Source of the DNA: Giardia intestinalis | Lineage: Eukaryota | DNA length: 64,000 nucleotides | NCBI GenBank assembly: GCA_000002435.2 | Contig: CM018793.1 | Reading direction: 5' to 3' (one strand) | Shown: positions 20,988 through 30,705 of the stretch, piece after piece | Layout of the letters: the number at the start of each line of letters is the position of its first letter | Numbering within the stretch: the first letter of the stretch is position 1 | Program-made: the position numbers and the translations under genes | The notes under the pieces: generated by a model | Databases searched by the model: none | Told to the model about the DNA's origin: nothing | The model's input: the letters and a program-made list of their open reading frames with translations, nothing else

Positions 20988-21473
20988 ATGACAAGCCTTC
21001 AGCTCTCTAGCACTTCCCTTTTGCAGTCTGTTGCACGCTTCCTCACAAAGAAGACCAGTTCAGACGAGGTTTATTCTGAGCTAGCCATGCAGCATTACCG
21101 CACGCCGGTTAACATAGGGACCCTTGATGACGATGACGAACATGTCGGCTCCGGTCTAGTCGGCGCGCCTGCCTGTGGTGATGTTATGCGCCTTCAGATC
21201 AAGGTCGGGGACGATGGTAAGATTTCGGAAGCCAAGTTCAAGACATTTGGATGTGGCGCAGCTATCGCGTCTTCGAGCTACGCCACCTCTCTTCTCCAAG
21301 GCAAGAGTTTGGAAGAGGCCTCTCAGATCAAGAATACCGATATAAGTGATAAGCTCGGTCTCCCTCCTGTCAAGCTACACTGCAGCGTTCTGGCGGAGGA
21401 CGCCATCAGACAAGCTATAGACGACTACAAGAGAAAGCGGGGAAGCAAGATACAGGTATCAAAGTCTTCTTGA
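20988..21473 (+). CDS. IscU: IscU Fe-S cluster scaffold protein with N-terminal mitosomal-type presequence
   Basis: Core IscU motifs GSGLVGAPACGDVMRLQIKV, FKTFGCGAAIASSS and LPPVKLHCSVLAEDAI (three conserved Cys plus the LPPVK motif). The track start at 20820 is a TTG. The ATG at 20988 ('ctaatttaATGaca') gives the presequence MTSLQLSSTSLLQSVARFLTKKTS ahead of the mature domain. Confidence 0.9.
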   Translation: MTSLQLSSTSLLQSVARFLTKKTSSDEVYSELAMQHYRTPVNIGTLDDDDEHVGSGLVGAPACGDVMRLQIKVGDDGKISEAKFKTFGCGAAIASSSYATSLLQGKSLEEASQIKNTDISDKLGLPPVKLHCSVLAEDAIRQAIDDYKRKRGSKIQVSKSS

Positions 21474-21690
21474 TACTGCTGCCTCCTGCTCATCCATCCT
21501 TTGAGTCCATCCCTTATGTCTTCGCACTCGGCTTTCAACCGGGGCGCCTCTTTGAAGAGCGGTCAAGAGCAGGAGCAAGCCTCAATCTGTGCTAAGTGTA
21601 AACAACTTTACCCTTTGCTCCTACCTTTGCTGGCGAGACTACTGTTTACTGATATGTTTTGGCGCGTGGGCAGACACTCGCCACTTATAT

Positions 21691-23262
21691 CTATGACACA
21701 CTCCCGAGCAGATCAACAATCTTCGCATTTATATCTTTTCTTTTCTTCAGTATGTCTGCGTGTGCTCTCAAGTGAGTGGTAAGTTCTACCTTATCATAAC
21801 CAATTCGGCCAAAAACGAACTTGGATATTTCTGTCTCAGAGTTCGCTTTATCAGAGCTATAGAAACGTACGAGCTCGTCGCGGACAGCATTTTCCAAACC
21901 GTAAGAGTTGATGCGGTTGTATACCTCTATTTGCTCAGTGGAAAGGAGGGCATCCTGAGCAAGGAGCTGCTCAAGCTCTTGCTGGCAGATAGCCGTTTCT
22001 GGTCGCGTAGATGAAGACTCGACCATCTCGTTATTCTCCCCGTCGTTGTCGAAGTCCTCCATATAGACAGGTTCTTGGGCACGAGAGGAGATGCTGTGTG
22101 CTTGGGGAGCGGGTGTGTTCTCGGAGCGAGCCTTGGGCTTCTTGCACTGGGGCTTGACCTCTGAGTCAGAGTTCATCTTCACCGAGGCTTGTGCACTCCC
22201 GCGTCCGCGGATGCTGGACTTTGCAGATGCATCTGTAACATCAACTATATCCGTTGTCACCTGAGCATCCGGCACCTTAGATGATATGTTTGTGGCACTG
22301 CCGCTAGAGGTCAGCTTTCCGCGGCTCGCTGCCTTCTTCTGGACAGCCTTGGTAAAGCTCTCTTCGGCCTTTTGTATGGATAACTCGATGTCCTTGGGGG
22401 TTTTAAGATTGAAGAACTTCAACTTGTCTTTAACAATCGGGAGAGCTAAAAGCGTAAAAACATCAGGCCTTCCTGTGGCGTTCATGCGTAGACACCAGTA
22501 GACCAGGTCTCTTAGTGCTTGGCTATAGCAGTCGTCCGGCAGGTCTTCATACTTCCCCTTTAGAATCTTGACGATTAACGAGGCCTGGTTCTTTGCCAGA
22601 AATGGGTGCTTCCCCATGTTCATCAACTCATAGAAAGTAACACCTAATGCCCAGATATCACTCTTTTGGTTATATTTCTCACTTCGACAGATCTCCGGGC
22701 TAAGATAGTACGGAGAGCCAACTAAGGTTTGGGCGAGTCCTTGCGTCTCCTGAAGCTCCTTAGATACGCCCATATCCCCCAACTTTACCAGATATTTTGT
22801 GTAGGGTTTGTCCTTCATGGGCTCGCTGTTCTCTGCAAGAAAGATGTTTAAGGACTTAATATCGCGGTGAATGATCTTCAGAGCATGGATAGAGGCCACT
22901 CCAAGAAGTATTTGACAAATATAGTACCAGCATTCTTCTTCCGTAAAGCGTGTCTTGGTGCTGGTGATCAGATTTCGAAGGGTTCCGCTTCCACAGTACT
23001 CCATGACCATCCAGAGGGTCTCTGTCTCGGACTCGACGAAGGAGTCAAAGTAGCGGACTACGTAGTCACTGTCAATGCGGGCCAAAATGTGGCATTCGCT
23101 GACTGCGGACTCTATCTCCTTCTTCGTGGCTCCAGCCAGACGTATTTCCTTAAGGACATAAACCCTGCTATCGAGCTTTCTCTTGCATTTGTATACCACT
23201 CCATATGATCCCTTGCCAATTTGTCCGAGGATCTCAAAGTCACTGAGGGTGCTATGGGACAT
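21691..23262 (-). CDS. NEK-family (NIMA-related) Ser/Thr protein kinase
   Basis: Glycine loop IGKGSYGVVYKC, VAIK-like YVLKEI, catalytic loop HRDIKSLNIFL, activation segment DMGVS...GSPYYLSPE. C-terminal half is low-complexity. Initiator 'ttcaaaaaATGtcc' on the minus strand. Confidence 0.85.
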   Translation of the reverse strand: MSHSTLSDFEILGQIGKGSYGVVYKCKRKLDSRVYVLKEIRLAGATKKEIESAVSECHILARIDSDYVVRYFDSFVESETETLWMVMEYCGSGTLRNLITSTKTRFTEEECWYYICQILLGVASIHALKIIHRDIKSLNIFLAENSEPMKDKPYTKYLVKLGDMGVSKELQETQGLAQTLVGSPYYLSPEICRSEKYNQKSDIWALGVTFYELMNMGKHPFLAKNQASLIVKILKGKYEDLPDDCYSQALRDLVYWCLRMNATGRPDVFTLLALPIVKDKLKFFNLKTPKDIELSIQKAEESFTKAVQKKAASRGKLTSSGSATNISSKVPDAQVTTDIVDVTDASAKSSIRGRGSAQASVKMNSDSEVKPQCKKPKARSENTPAPQAHSISSRAQEPVYMEDFDNDGENNEMVESSSTRPETAICQQELEQLLAQDALLSTEQIEVYNRINSYGLENAVRDELVRFYSSDKANSETEISKFVFGRIGYDKVELTTHLRAHADILKKRKDINAKIVDLLGSVS

Positions 23263-23470
23263 TTTTTGAATGTTGGGCCAAAACCATAAAGCAGGCCTTT
23301 AAGCATAAAGCCTGAGTCCACATCGGCACACCGAAGGTTGAAAGACGCTCTTATTTACTGCCGTTAATGAATAAATCTGTTGATGAGAAATCTGCTGATA
23401 AGAAGTATAGGGGATTGAGGTGTGAAGGAGTTAGAAAGCCTCCCGGCTCAAGTGAACTTCTTCATCTTCC

Positions 23471-24466
23471 TTACACGTGGAGGATTTGCACCTCATCATC
23501 CACGGTCAAAGCAACCCAATCATGATTTGATTGATTCCAATCTACGGAGTTGATTGGCCCCAGGGGCTCTCCAGATGCCGAAGTCGCCACATACTCCATG
23601 AACGGAGTGTAGGTTCCGGAGCCTCCGTCCCAAATGAGGGCTCTGCCGTCGTTTGCAACACTGACGAAGTAGCCCCCGTGTGAGTCTCGACCCCAACTTA
23701 TTCCATTGATATAGTCTGTGTGACCTTTAAGGCGAGCTAGTGGTTTAACTGTACTCCGAGCATCCAGAAGAATAATATCTGTGCTCTTCTCGCCAAAACA
23801 TGTAATAAAGTTGCTATCGGTTGGTTTGAACTGAGCCCTCAAAATAGCTTCATTACCAGTATAAATTTCATTGGCCACATGCATCCTTCTTCTGTCATAT
23901 AATCTCAGGTTTCCCTCTGCCCCGCATGTAAGAAACCTATTGGGGTCCTTTAATGAAAAGCAGCAGTCAGTGACCGCCCTCTCCTGTGCCACGAAGCGTA
24001 TATCCACTTCCTGTTTGTATATGTCCCACAAGGAAACAGTTGTGTCTAGATTTGCAGTCATTATTATATTAAGCGAGTGTGCACACCAATCCATGGACAG
24101 TATGGGCACGGGCCGCGTCTCATTAACAAGCAACCTGCCGCGAGAACAAAGCTCTGCCCGACCATCGTCCTTTAGATTGTCTATTTCAAAAATTCTAAGG
24201 CTGTCTGATACCGTAGCGATCAGATCAGGATTACTCACATCCTTACTGGGGAGAAACTGTATCTTAGAGAGAGGGTAAACTACCGATGCTGACGCTACCA
24301 CCCTAAAGTCCCGTCTTTCCTTTTGCAAACTAATAATTGAAAACTCATTCGGACACGCATCCGAAATGGTTGATATGGCCAGGCGCATAGGCATATCTGT
24401 CCTACAGGACCACGATAAGCCATATAGAGGCCCGTGTGCAGAGAATGTAAAGCACCTTCCACTCAT
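23471..24466 (-). CDS. WD40-repeat protein, DCAF7/WDR68 (HAN11)-like
   Basis: Collinear similarity to WDR68 from N-terminus (FTFSAHGPLYGLSWS...MRLAISTI...PDLIATVSDSLRIFEI) to C-terminus (...WVALTVDDEVQILHV, compare ...EILRV). The track start at 24625 is a GTG. The ATG at 24466 (MSGRCFTF) matches the homologue N-terminus and is preceded by 'cttaaaaaaaatcagg'. Confidence 0.75.
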   Translation of the reverse strand: MSGRCFTFSAHGPLYGLSWSCRTDMPMRLAISTISDACPNEFSIISLQKERRDFRVVASASVVYPLSKIQFLPSKDVSNPDLIATVSDSLRIFEIDNLKDDGRAELCSRGRLLVNETRPVPILSMDWCAHSLNIIMTANLDTTVSLWDIYKQEVDIRFVAQERAVTDCCFSLKDPNRFLTCGAEGNLRLYDRRRMHVANEIYTGNEAILRAQFKPTDSNFITCFGEKSTDIILLDARSTVKPLARLKGHTDYINGISWGRDSHGGYFVSVANDGRALIWDGGSGTYTPFMEYVATSASGEPLGPINSVDWNQSNHDWVALTVDDEVQILHV

Positions 24467-24524
24467 CTGGGGTGCCTGATTTTTTTTAAGCTGGGGACAG
24501 GCATTGAGCACCCTTTCTGAGTGA
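24467..24524. promoter_or_regulatory. 58-bp bidirectional promoter region shared by divergent WD40 (-) and 24525 (+) genes
   Basis: Sequence 'ctggggtgcctgattttttttaagctggggacaggcattgagcaccctttctgagtga' contains an A/T run (T8) usable as an initiator on both strands. Both flanking ATGs lie within 60 bp. Confidence 0.5.
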
Positions 24525-25826
24525 ATGCTTTCAGAACTGGCAGATATCTTTAGTGCGTATAAAGAAGTAGACGAACTCAATAGCATAACAGAGAAGTTTG
24601 GCATACTCGCAGAGCAAGTGGCCACTGCAGGTTTTGGACTTTTCGGAGTGGCTACCCTTCAGGCTATTGCCCAAATCACCATGAAGGTCTTTCATCATCT
24701 TAAGGAAGATGATTCCGAGCGCATGCTCCTCCTTTTGCTCAAGCATGGTCTCCTGACACGAGAAATCCTTATCTATCTTATCTCAAATACTACAACTTCG
24801 CTCACCTCTTTCCTATCTAAGCATATCTCTGACGTACAGCGACTACCACCTCACCAACGGGCCCTTTTACTCAAGTATGCTGCGCTGTCCCACAGATGTG
24901 ATCATCCTCGTCTGGACGAAGACCTCTTCAGAGCCATCAGTCTTCTCTTCATCGGTGGATGCACTGTTGGCCCTCACGCGACTTTGCGAAATCTTTTTCT
25001 AAGTGGGGCGTGTAACCATAAGACGCGCTATGGAGATTGTCTGGGATCTCGACTCATTGATGAGTGTATTGCCGCAGAAACATCTAGAGGTGTGCATTCG
25101 CGCAACATTATACTTAGTTTAACTGAGAACTACTTTCTTGGTACTCATGATAAGCAGGAAAATCGGTCTATACTCGACTCCATATATTTTCTACTAAAGG
25201 ATGCTGATCACGATGGTGTATGGAAGGATATTACCATGTTACCTCCAGTGACCATGTACATAGATCTCAGATCACAAGATAACTTTCATAGACACCTCCA
25301 TCTGCGCTTTATGCAGAATGAGATCAGCATCTATATGTTAGCGTGCGCACTTTCCCATTGTAACGACATTCCAGAAGTAATATCAAATGTATTTTCTAAT
25401 ACATTCACCCTGCTTCCAAGTGATCTCGCCAAATCTGCCGTTATATCGCTTGTAACCAACAGTACTGATGACCTGTTAGAAACTGACTTGAGTACTGCAC
25501 AATCATTGGACAAACTGCTGCTTAATCTGCCAAGTACACTGCAAGGTGAACCAGAGATTAAAAGAATGACGCTACAAAGACCAATTTATCCCACTGACAT
25601 GGCGCCGCTTGAAGATAACAATTCATCGATAGGTAGCATTAACAATCACGTTTTAGAGCAACAAGTCGAAGAAGATTATTCTAGCTTGATTGCGAGTACT
25701 GCAGATGATAGCTTCAAACAGTTCGTCTCTTCCTATCATTATAACTATCTTTTCATAGCAGGAAGCCTTCACGGCCTTGATGAAAACTTCTTTACTGAAG
25801 CCGCTGCCTTCATTTATGCTTCTTAA
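24525..25826 (+). CDS. Hypothetical protein (433 aa)
   Basis: ATG-initiated long ORF, divergent from the WD40 gene. No recognisable domain. Confidence 0.55.
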   Translation: MLSELADIFSAYKEVDELNSITEKFGILAEQVATAGFGLFGVATLQAIAQITMKVFHHLKEDDSERMLLLLLKHGLLTREILIYLISNTTTSLTSFLSKHISDVQRLPPHQRALLLKYAALSHRCDHPRLDEDLFRAISLLFIGGCTVGPHATLRNLFLSGACNHKTRYGDCLGSRLIDECIAAETSRGVHSRNIILSLTENYFLGTHDKQENRSILDSIYFLLKDADHDGVWKDITMLPPVTMYIDLRSQDNFHRHLHLRFMQNEISIYMLACALSHCNDIPEVISNVFSNTFTLLPSDLAKSAVISLVTNSTDDLLETDLSTAQSLDKLLLNLPSTLQGEPEIKRMTLQRPIYPTDMAPLEDNNSSIGSINNHVLEQQVEEDYSSLIASTADDSFKQFVSSYHYNYLFIAGSLHGLDENFFTEAAAFIYAS

Positions 25827-26199
25827 GGAATAGAGGCTTAGCTCTGTATCGGTGGCCTGTTAGATTGCAGATATATTCAGTAGGCTTATACCTTTTCGCT
25901 TCAGAGGCACTGTTGTTGATAACTGGTTATCAGTAAAGTAAATGGGTATGTGTGTGGTAACTGTATGACATAGATGCCTGTCATAGACCTACATGAATGC
26001 CGTCTTGTATCTGGCTGAATGCTCTTTATTGTCTAAGTCGCCTTGTCTGAGCTCTGGAGAAGAAGGACAGTGTTGGTCCATAATAAGGCTTAATAATCTA
26101 GTGGAGCTGTGTGCTCTCATATGTTTTGCAATAAGTCGTGCAGTTTGTGCTCTCCAAGTCCAGTAAGAACAAAGCTTTCGTCCATCATTCTTATAACCT

Positions 26200-28150
26200 C
26201 TCTATGGTGCGCACGGCGATGACCGCTGTACATGGAGTCAGTGGATTCCACCAGATGCACTTGTAGACTTCACACCTGCAGGAGTCGGAGACTCGGACAG
26301 TCTGTCTCCTCTGTGCTCTGCGGGTTCTCCGGTGTCTTGCAACGCTGCTATCCTGAAAGGTGTCTGGAAGGAGAATCTTCTTGAGCAGCAGGAGCACCAT
26401 GGGGCCACCACTCACAGGCGACAAGCGGCTGCAGTCGGCCCTTCCCTGCGTGTCCCTCGTATGGGCCGCTCCTTATTGCATAACAACGTGTCATGCCGAT
26501 GGGGTGATATCCACTACCCAAACAGGCCGGTAGCGGTCCTGGCTGTCTGAGGCACTGTCCCACTGTGTGTCTTTACCAACGCCGGCCCCACCCATGTGCC
26601 AGCTGCTGCATGGATTCCCTGCTTGATGCGGCCTGCAGGAGGAGTAGAGCCTGTTCTCCTGCTGGGTCACCGCGCATTGCTGGGGGATGCACCGGACAAG
26701 CATCTCGAGTGTCAGACGAACCGGCCGGGGCAGGCACCCGCTCGATAACCTGCCCAGTACGGGCACTGGCCTGTCCTGCCACACAGTCACTCGGGCGGAG
26801 TCTCCGTCACTTCCTGACATTGATCCGTTGAGGGCGAGCCGCATGACCGACAGGAGCAATCGTGCAGCTGGGTCCCGCTGTGCCATCGCTCACGCTTGAT
26901 GAGCTACGTGGCCAACGGGAGACGTGCTGGCAAGGGATTTCCTGGTCTCACCGTGAGTCAGGTCGCTGTCGCCCTTGTTACCTCTACAGCAGCAAGGCAG
27001 GTGCTGGGGATGTTCGTGACCTCAGGCTTGCCAATATCGTCGCGTCCCTGACCTCGGCCTCTGCAGGGGCGTCCTGTAACGGTGTGAGTGAGACCTCCAC
27101 GCACTGTAGCTCCCCGCATAGGGTAGCCCCCCAAAGGTGCACCAGGGCCACTAGCTGCTGCCCAAGGATGTCAGACGGCCACTAGGGGTCTGCTCAGGGA
27201 GCCGCAAGGCAGCACCAGCAGACTGCTCCCAACGGTGGTGCTCTTTACGCTATCGAGACGGAGGCGCCGTTCTTTGTCCTTTGCCTCTGCTGCTGTGTTA
27301 GGGCTTGATCTACCGGGCCTGGCAGGAATAGCGGTACCAGAGGGTGCTACCATAGCAGGCGTCCCGGTGCGTCTTCCGGCAGGATGGATTGCCATACAAT
27401 GGAGAGTGCGATGAAAACCTTGCTGCTTACGGGAAACCAGTTCGGACCGCCTGCGTCTTGGTGTGGCCGTGCTGCCCAGCTGGATCAAGGCAGTCGTCTC
27501 ACTGAAACCCGTCACCTTCACGGGCAGCTTTGACCTCTTTCGTCTTCATGGGAGCAGCTCCCCTGTTCTTATCTACGCGCCATCCTTGTGTATCATAAGC
27601 GCCTCTTTTGCCTCTGGCTGTCCTGCACCACCGCCACATCAACAAGGCGCCTTTGTATGCACTTCGTCCGGCTATAGTAGCATCTCTGGCCATCTTCTAC
27701 CCTTTTGAAAAGAAACGGCAGATTTACTCATGGGCCGCAGAGCAGTCCAAAAGTCAGTGTGACAGCGACACCAGGTGCACTGCTCCCAAGGAGAGACACC
27801 GCCTCAAACCAGCCCTATTGTGTCTGTTTCCCCTCTCCTCCTGCGTACTGCGCCCATGAGGACGCCCGGCTGTGACTAGCATGCCCGTCGCTTCATGTTT
27901 CAGTGGCTGTGCAGTGCTGCTCGTACGAGTATCACGGCTCTGTCCGTACTGGCTGGGCCGTACTGCCCTCGCTATCAACTAGATTCTCCTCGGGATCAAA
28001 GGGAGGCGGCGATCATCAGGTAGTCCAGCCGTTCTTGTCCTGGAGGCCCCTCTCCTCCCCAACAAGCAACTCGACGGGACTGACGTGCCCCTGTGCGGCA
28101 CGCTGGCCAACGCCGAGTTTTTCTTCAAGCAGCATCCAGACGGTCTCAGT
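26200..28150. other. GC-rich (roughly 60%) ORF-free island, about 2 kb, between two convergent genes; candidate ncRNA, decayed gene or foreign insert
   Basis: No ORF longer than 131 aa in any frame across about 2.3 kb (25827-28151). Composition shifts abruptly at about 26200 to G+C-rich sequence with many short ORFs in all six frames, the signature of stop-poor non-coding GC-rich DNA. Other convergent gene pairs in this window are 10-46 bp apart. Confidence 0.5.
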
Positions 28151-28151
28151 G

Positions 28152-29282
28152 CTATTTGTGTGCAGCACGCATCAGCCTGGGCAGCAAAAAGAGGCTGGAC
28201 TGAGGGTCAGCCGTGTTCATCCTGTCACCGAACTGTGCAAGCCTATTCTCCAGTGCTTTAATCATAGCTAGATGTTCCTTACTTTGGTCTTCAAGCGCGT
28301 CGATCTTAGTAGATTTAGTCTTAACATCCTCTTCCAGCAGCGCGATCCTGGCGTTAGCGCCATTCAGCGCAGCCTCCAAGGATCCGCACTTATACTTCAG
28401 CATCACGCACTGACCTCCCAACTCACTAACTGGGATGTCTGCTGTGGTGAGCGTCTCGTGCAGCTCCCTGGCTGTCAGTCTTTCCTCTGGCTCCAGCACG
28501 AATATCCTCTCCAGAACACTCTTTATGAAGCCATCAGTGACACCGCTCAGATCGGGCCTCCACCCGTCGATGAAGACGTCTTTTGGGTCTTTACCTTTCA
28601 GGAAGTCCGGCCTCTTCAAAGTAGTAAGCTCGTAGACGATGACCTCGAGGCTCCACACGTCGGAGGCGGGGCTGGCCTCGTTGTGGAGGAGCACCTCGGG
28701 GGCAACGTATGCCATTATTCCTATGAGAGTGCTCCCACTCCACAATGTGTTCCTGCAGAGGCCGAAGTCGGCGATGACGAAGCGCTCTCCGTCTGCGCTG
28801 ATAAGGACATTGGCAGGCCTGAGATCACAGTGGACGAGGCCTCTAGTGTTTGCTCCATTGACGCTGTGGAGGTAGGCGAGGGCGGCAGCGAGCTGTTTCA
28901 TGACGGAGAGGATCGTAGCGATAGGGATGGGGATCTTCCTTTGTTTGTGCTCGGCGAGGAGGTGCTCGAGGGTACTGTCGTGCCGGTCCGTGACGACGTA
29001 GATGAGGCCTTCGTCCTCGACCACTTGATGGTGCTTGAGGACTCCTGGGTGGGAGAGCTCGGGAAGGGTGGCCAGCTCTAGTTTGATGGTGTCCACGTCA
29101 TCCTTGTCCAGGCCGTCGATGAGGATCTCCTGCACAGCGAGGTCCGGAAAGTCCTTGAGGGAGTAGACTGTCACCATAGTGCTTTCATTAAGCACATCAC
29201 CTAACCGCTCGTGGAGCTCCTTGGAGGTGAACGGTGGGACACTGAGAGTCACCGTTGCAGATCCAGACGAGGCGGCGTACAT
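28152..29282 (-). CDS. NEK-like protein kinase with degenerate glycine loop and C-terminal coiled coil
   Basis: Catalytic loop HCDLRPANVLI, DFG (IADFGLC) and APE-like YVAPEVLL are present. The N-lobe lacks a clear GxGxxG (LGDVLNESTMVTVYSLKD). Heptad C-terminus (LEAALNGANARIALLEEDVKTKSTKIDALEDQSKEHLAMIKALENRLAQ). Initiator 'ccaaaataaaaccaagATG' on the minus strand. Confidence 0.8.
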   Translation of the reverse strand: MYAASSGSATVTLSVPPFTSKELHERLGDVLNESTMVTVYSLKDFPDLAVQEILIDGLDKDDVDTIKLELATLPELSHPGVLKHHQVVEDEGLIYVVTDRHDSTLEHLLAEHKQRKIPIPIATILSVMKQLAAALAYLHSVNGANTRGLVHCDLRPANVLISADGERFVIADFGLCRNTLWSGSTLIGIMAYVAPEVLLHNEASPASDVWSLEVIVYELTTLKRPDFLKGKDPKDVFIDGWRPDLSGVTDGFIKSVLERIFVLEPEERLTARELHETLTTADIPVSELGGQCVMLKYKCGSLEAALNGANARIALLEEDVKTKSTKIDALEDQSKEHLAMIKALENRLAQFGDRMNTADPQSSLFLLPRLMRAAHK

Positions 29283-29590
29283 CTTGGTTTTATTTTGGTA
29301 ATCTACCGTTTTGGAAACGATCCGTTTCCACAGGGGTTTGTGTCTACGGATCTGTAGTGACCACTGCTTGCGGAGGACTACTGCATCAGGGGCGAGAAGG
29401 CCACCTGTGCGACTGTTTCACCCATCGGCGTTCCAGTGCTGACTGGGGGCAAGGAGACCTGCTCCCCCTGGCCTCTGCGGAAACGGGTGGTTGTGTGCCC
29501 CACTGACAGCCATCACTTCACCCTAGTGGCTGACCATCCCTTTCCAGAGCTGGAGGGAAATTCTAGTCTACCGTTAGACGTAATCAACAG

Positions 29591-30256
29591 TTAAGCGCGT
29601 TCACTCACAAGCTTCCTGGGCGGCATCCGCAAGTATGGATCTACAATACCCTCACTCTCGAGAAAAGATACTACCTCTGGATGCTGCCATCTATTGGCCA
29701 TATGGATGGCATCTACGCCACTTATGTCCCTCTCCTTCTCTAGTAGCAACTTGACACACTCCAGATGATCATGCCTTGCTGCAAGCACGAGGGCAGTATA
29801 ACCTCTGCCCTTCTGCATGCCGCCCTCAATCTTCAGGAGTAGTCTCACGACCTCGGTACGGCCAACAAGTGCCGCCCACATGAGGGCCGTCCACTCCTCA
29901 CTGTCCCTCATGCCGCCCTCGCACCTCATCAGCAGCTTCACCGCCTCAACGTGTCCAAGCGCTGCGGCGACCATCAGGGCCGTCCCTTCGCGTATTTTTA
30001 CTCTCCCTGCCTTGACAAACCTTGCCACCATCCTTGCCTGATAAGGGATGTAGTGCTTCACCGCTTTCACGTCGTTTCTGCTGGCTGCCTTCATAAGTGT
30101 GGTGACGCCGTCCTCATCCACGCTGCCTTCATCATCCATTTCTGAAGGCTCAGTTGGGTTTACTGCGCCCTCTTCGCTCATGTCCTTCTCTGGCGCGAGG
30201 GGCGGGGCGCAGTCGTGATCCTGAAGGAGTTGACCTGAATCATCCGCAGACGACAT
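29591..30256 (-). CDS. Ankyrin-repeat protein (221 aa), 'Protein 21.1'-like
   Basis: Four ankyrin repeats (TTLMKAASRNDVKAVKHYI; TALMVAAALGHVEAVKLLM; WTALMWAALVGRTEVVRLLL; YTALVLAARHDHLECVKLLL). Acidic N-terminus. Initiator 'gcagtaaaaATGtcg'. Confidence 0.8.
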   Translation of the reverse strand: MSSADDSGQLLQDHDCAPPLAPEKDMSEEGAVNPTEPSEMDDEGSVDEDGVTTLMKAASRNDVKAVKHYIPYQARMVARFVKAGRVKIREGTALMVAAALGHVEAVKLLMRCEGGMRDSEEWTALMWAALVGRTEVVRLLLKIEGGMQKGRGYTALVLAARHDHLECVKLLLEKERDISGVDAIHMANRWQHPEVVSFLESEGIVDPYLRMPPRKLVSERA

Positions 30257-30705
30257 TTTTACTGCGGGTCACATAGAACGCGTGCTTTGTACTTCTAGGC
30301 CCTCATTTACGAGCGCATTCAGAGATTGCATGAGTGGGTTTCGCCTACTATGAAGGAAGACCAAGGGGAGGAGCGCCACTGGTAGATCACCTAGATTGAC
30401 CATACACACCGTACAGAACAACCGAAAAGGCGCCAAGCTCTGGATGCACTAACGGAAGGAATCCCCTCGCTATGCTATTATAACCAGCCTTCGTTTCTAG
30501 ACATGGTTAAGAAATAAGTGAGGTTTGCCCATGCGGTCTTAGGCCATACCCACAGGCGAGGCCCAATAGTACAGTCTTGGAAAGTTGCCAATTATCATGA
30601 GATGGTGTATTGTGACAAGATCTTAATGAGTAATTGCAATTAATCGTGAGGAAAGAGCTTCCACCAGAATAGAAAGTGGTTGAAGTTGCTTTAACCAAAA
30701 TCCTA

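Noticed and set aside
26588-26606. 'gtgccagctgctgc' resembling the universal SSU rRNA 'GTGCCAGCAGCCGCGGTAA' motif, which would suggest an rDNA fragment
   Set aside because: Only 8 nt match exactly. No other universal rRNA blocks were found in the island (for example, no GTACGAGAGGAAC sarcin-ricin motif), so it is most likely coincidence. A BLAST search would settle it.
26191-28271. Cluster of 60-131-aa ORFs in all six frames inside the GC-rich island
   Set aside because: Mutually overlapping in every frame, non-protein-like composition (R/A/G/P-rich), no ATG contexts. This is the expected by-product of stop-poor GC-rich non-coding DNA.
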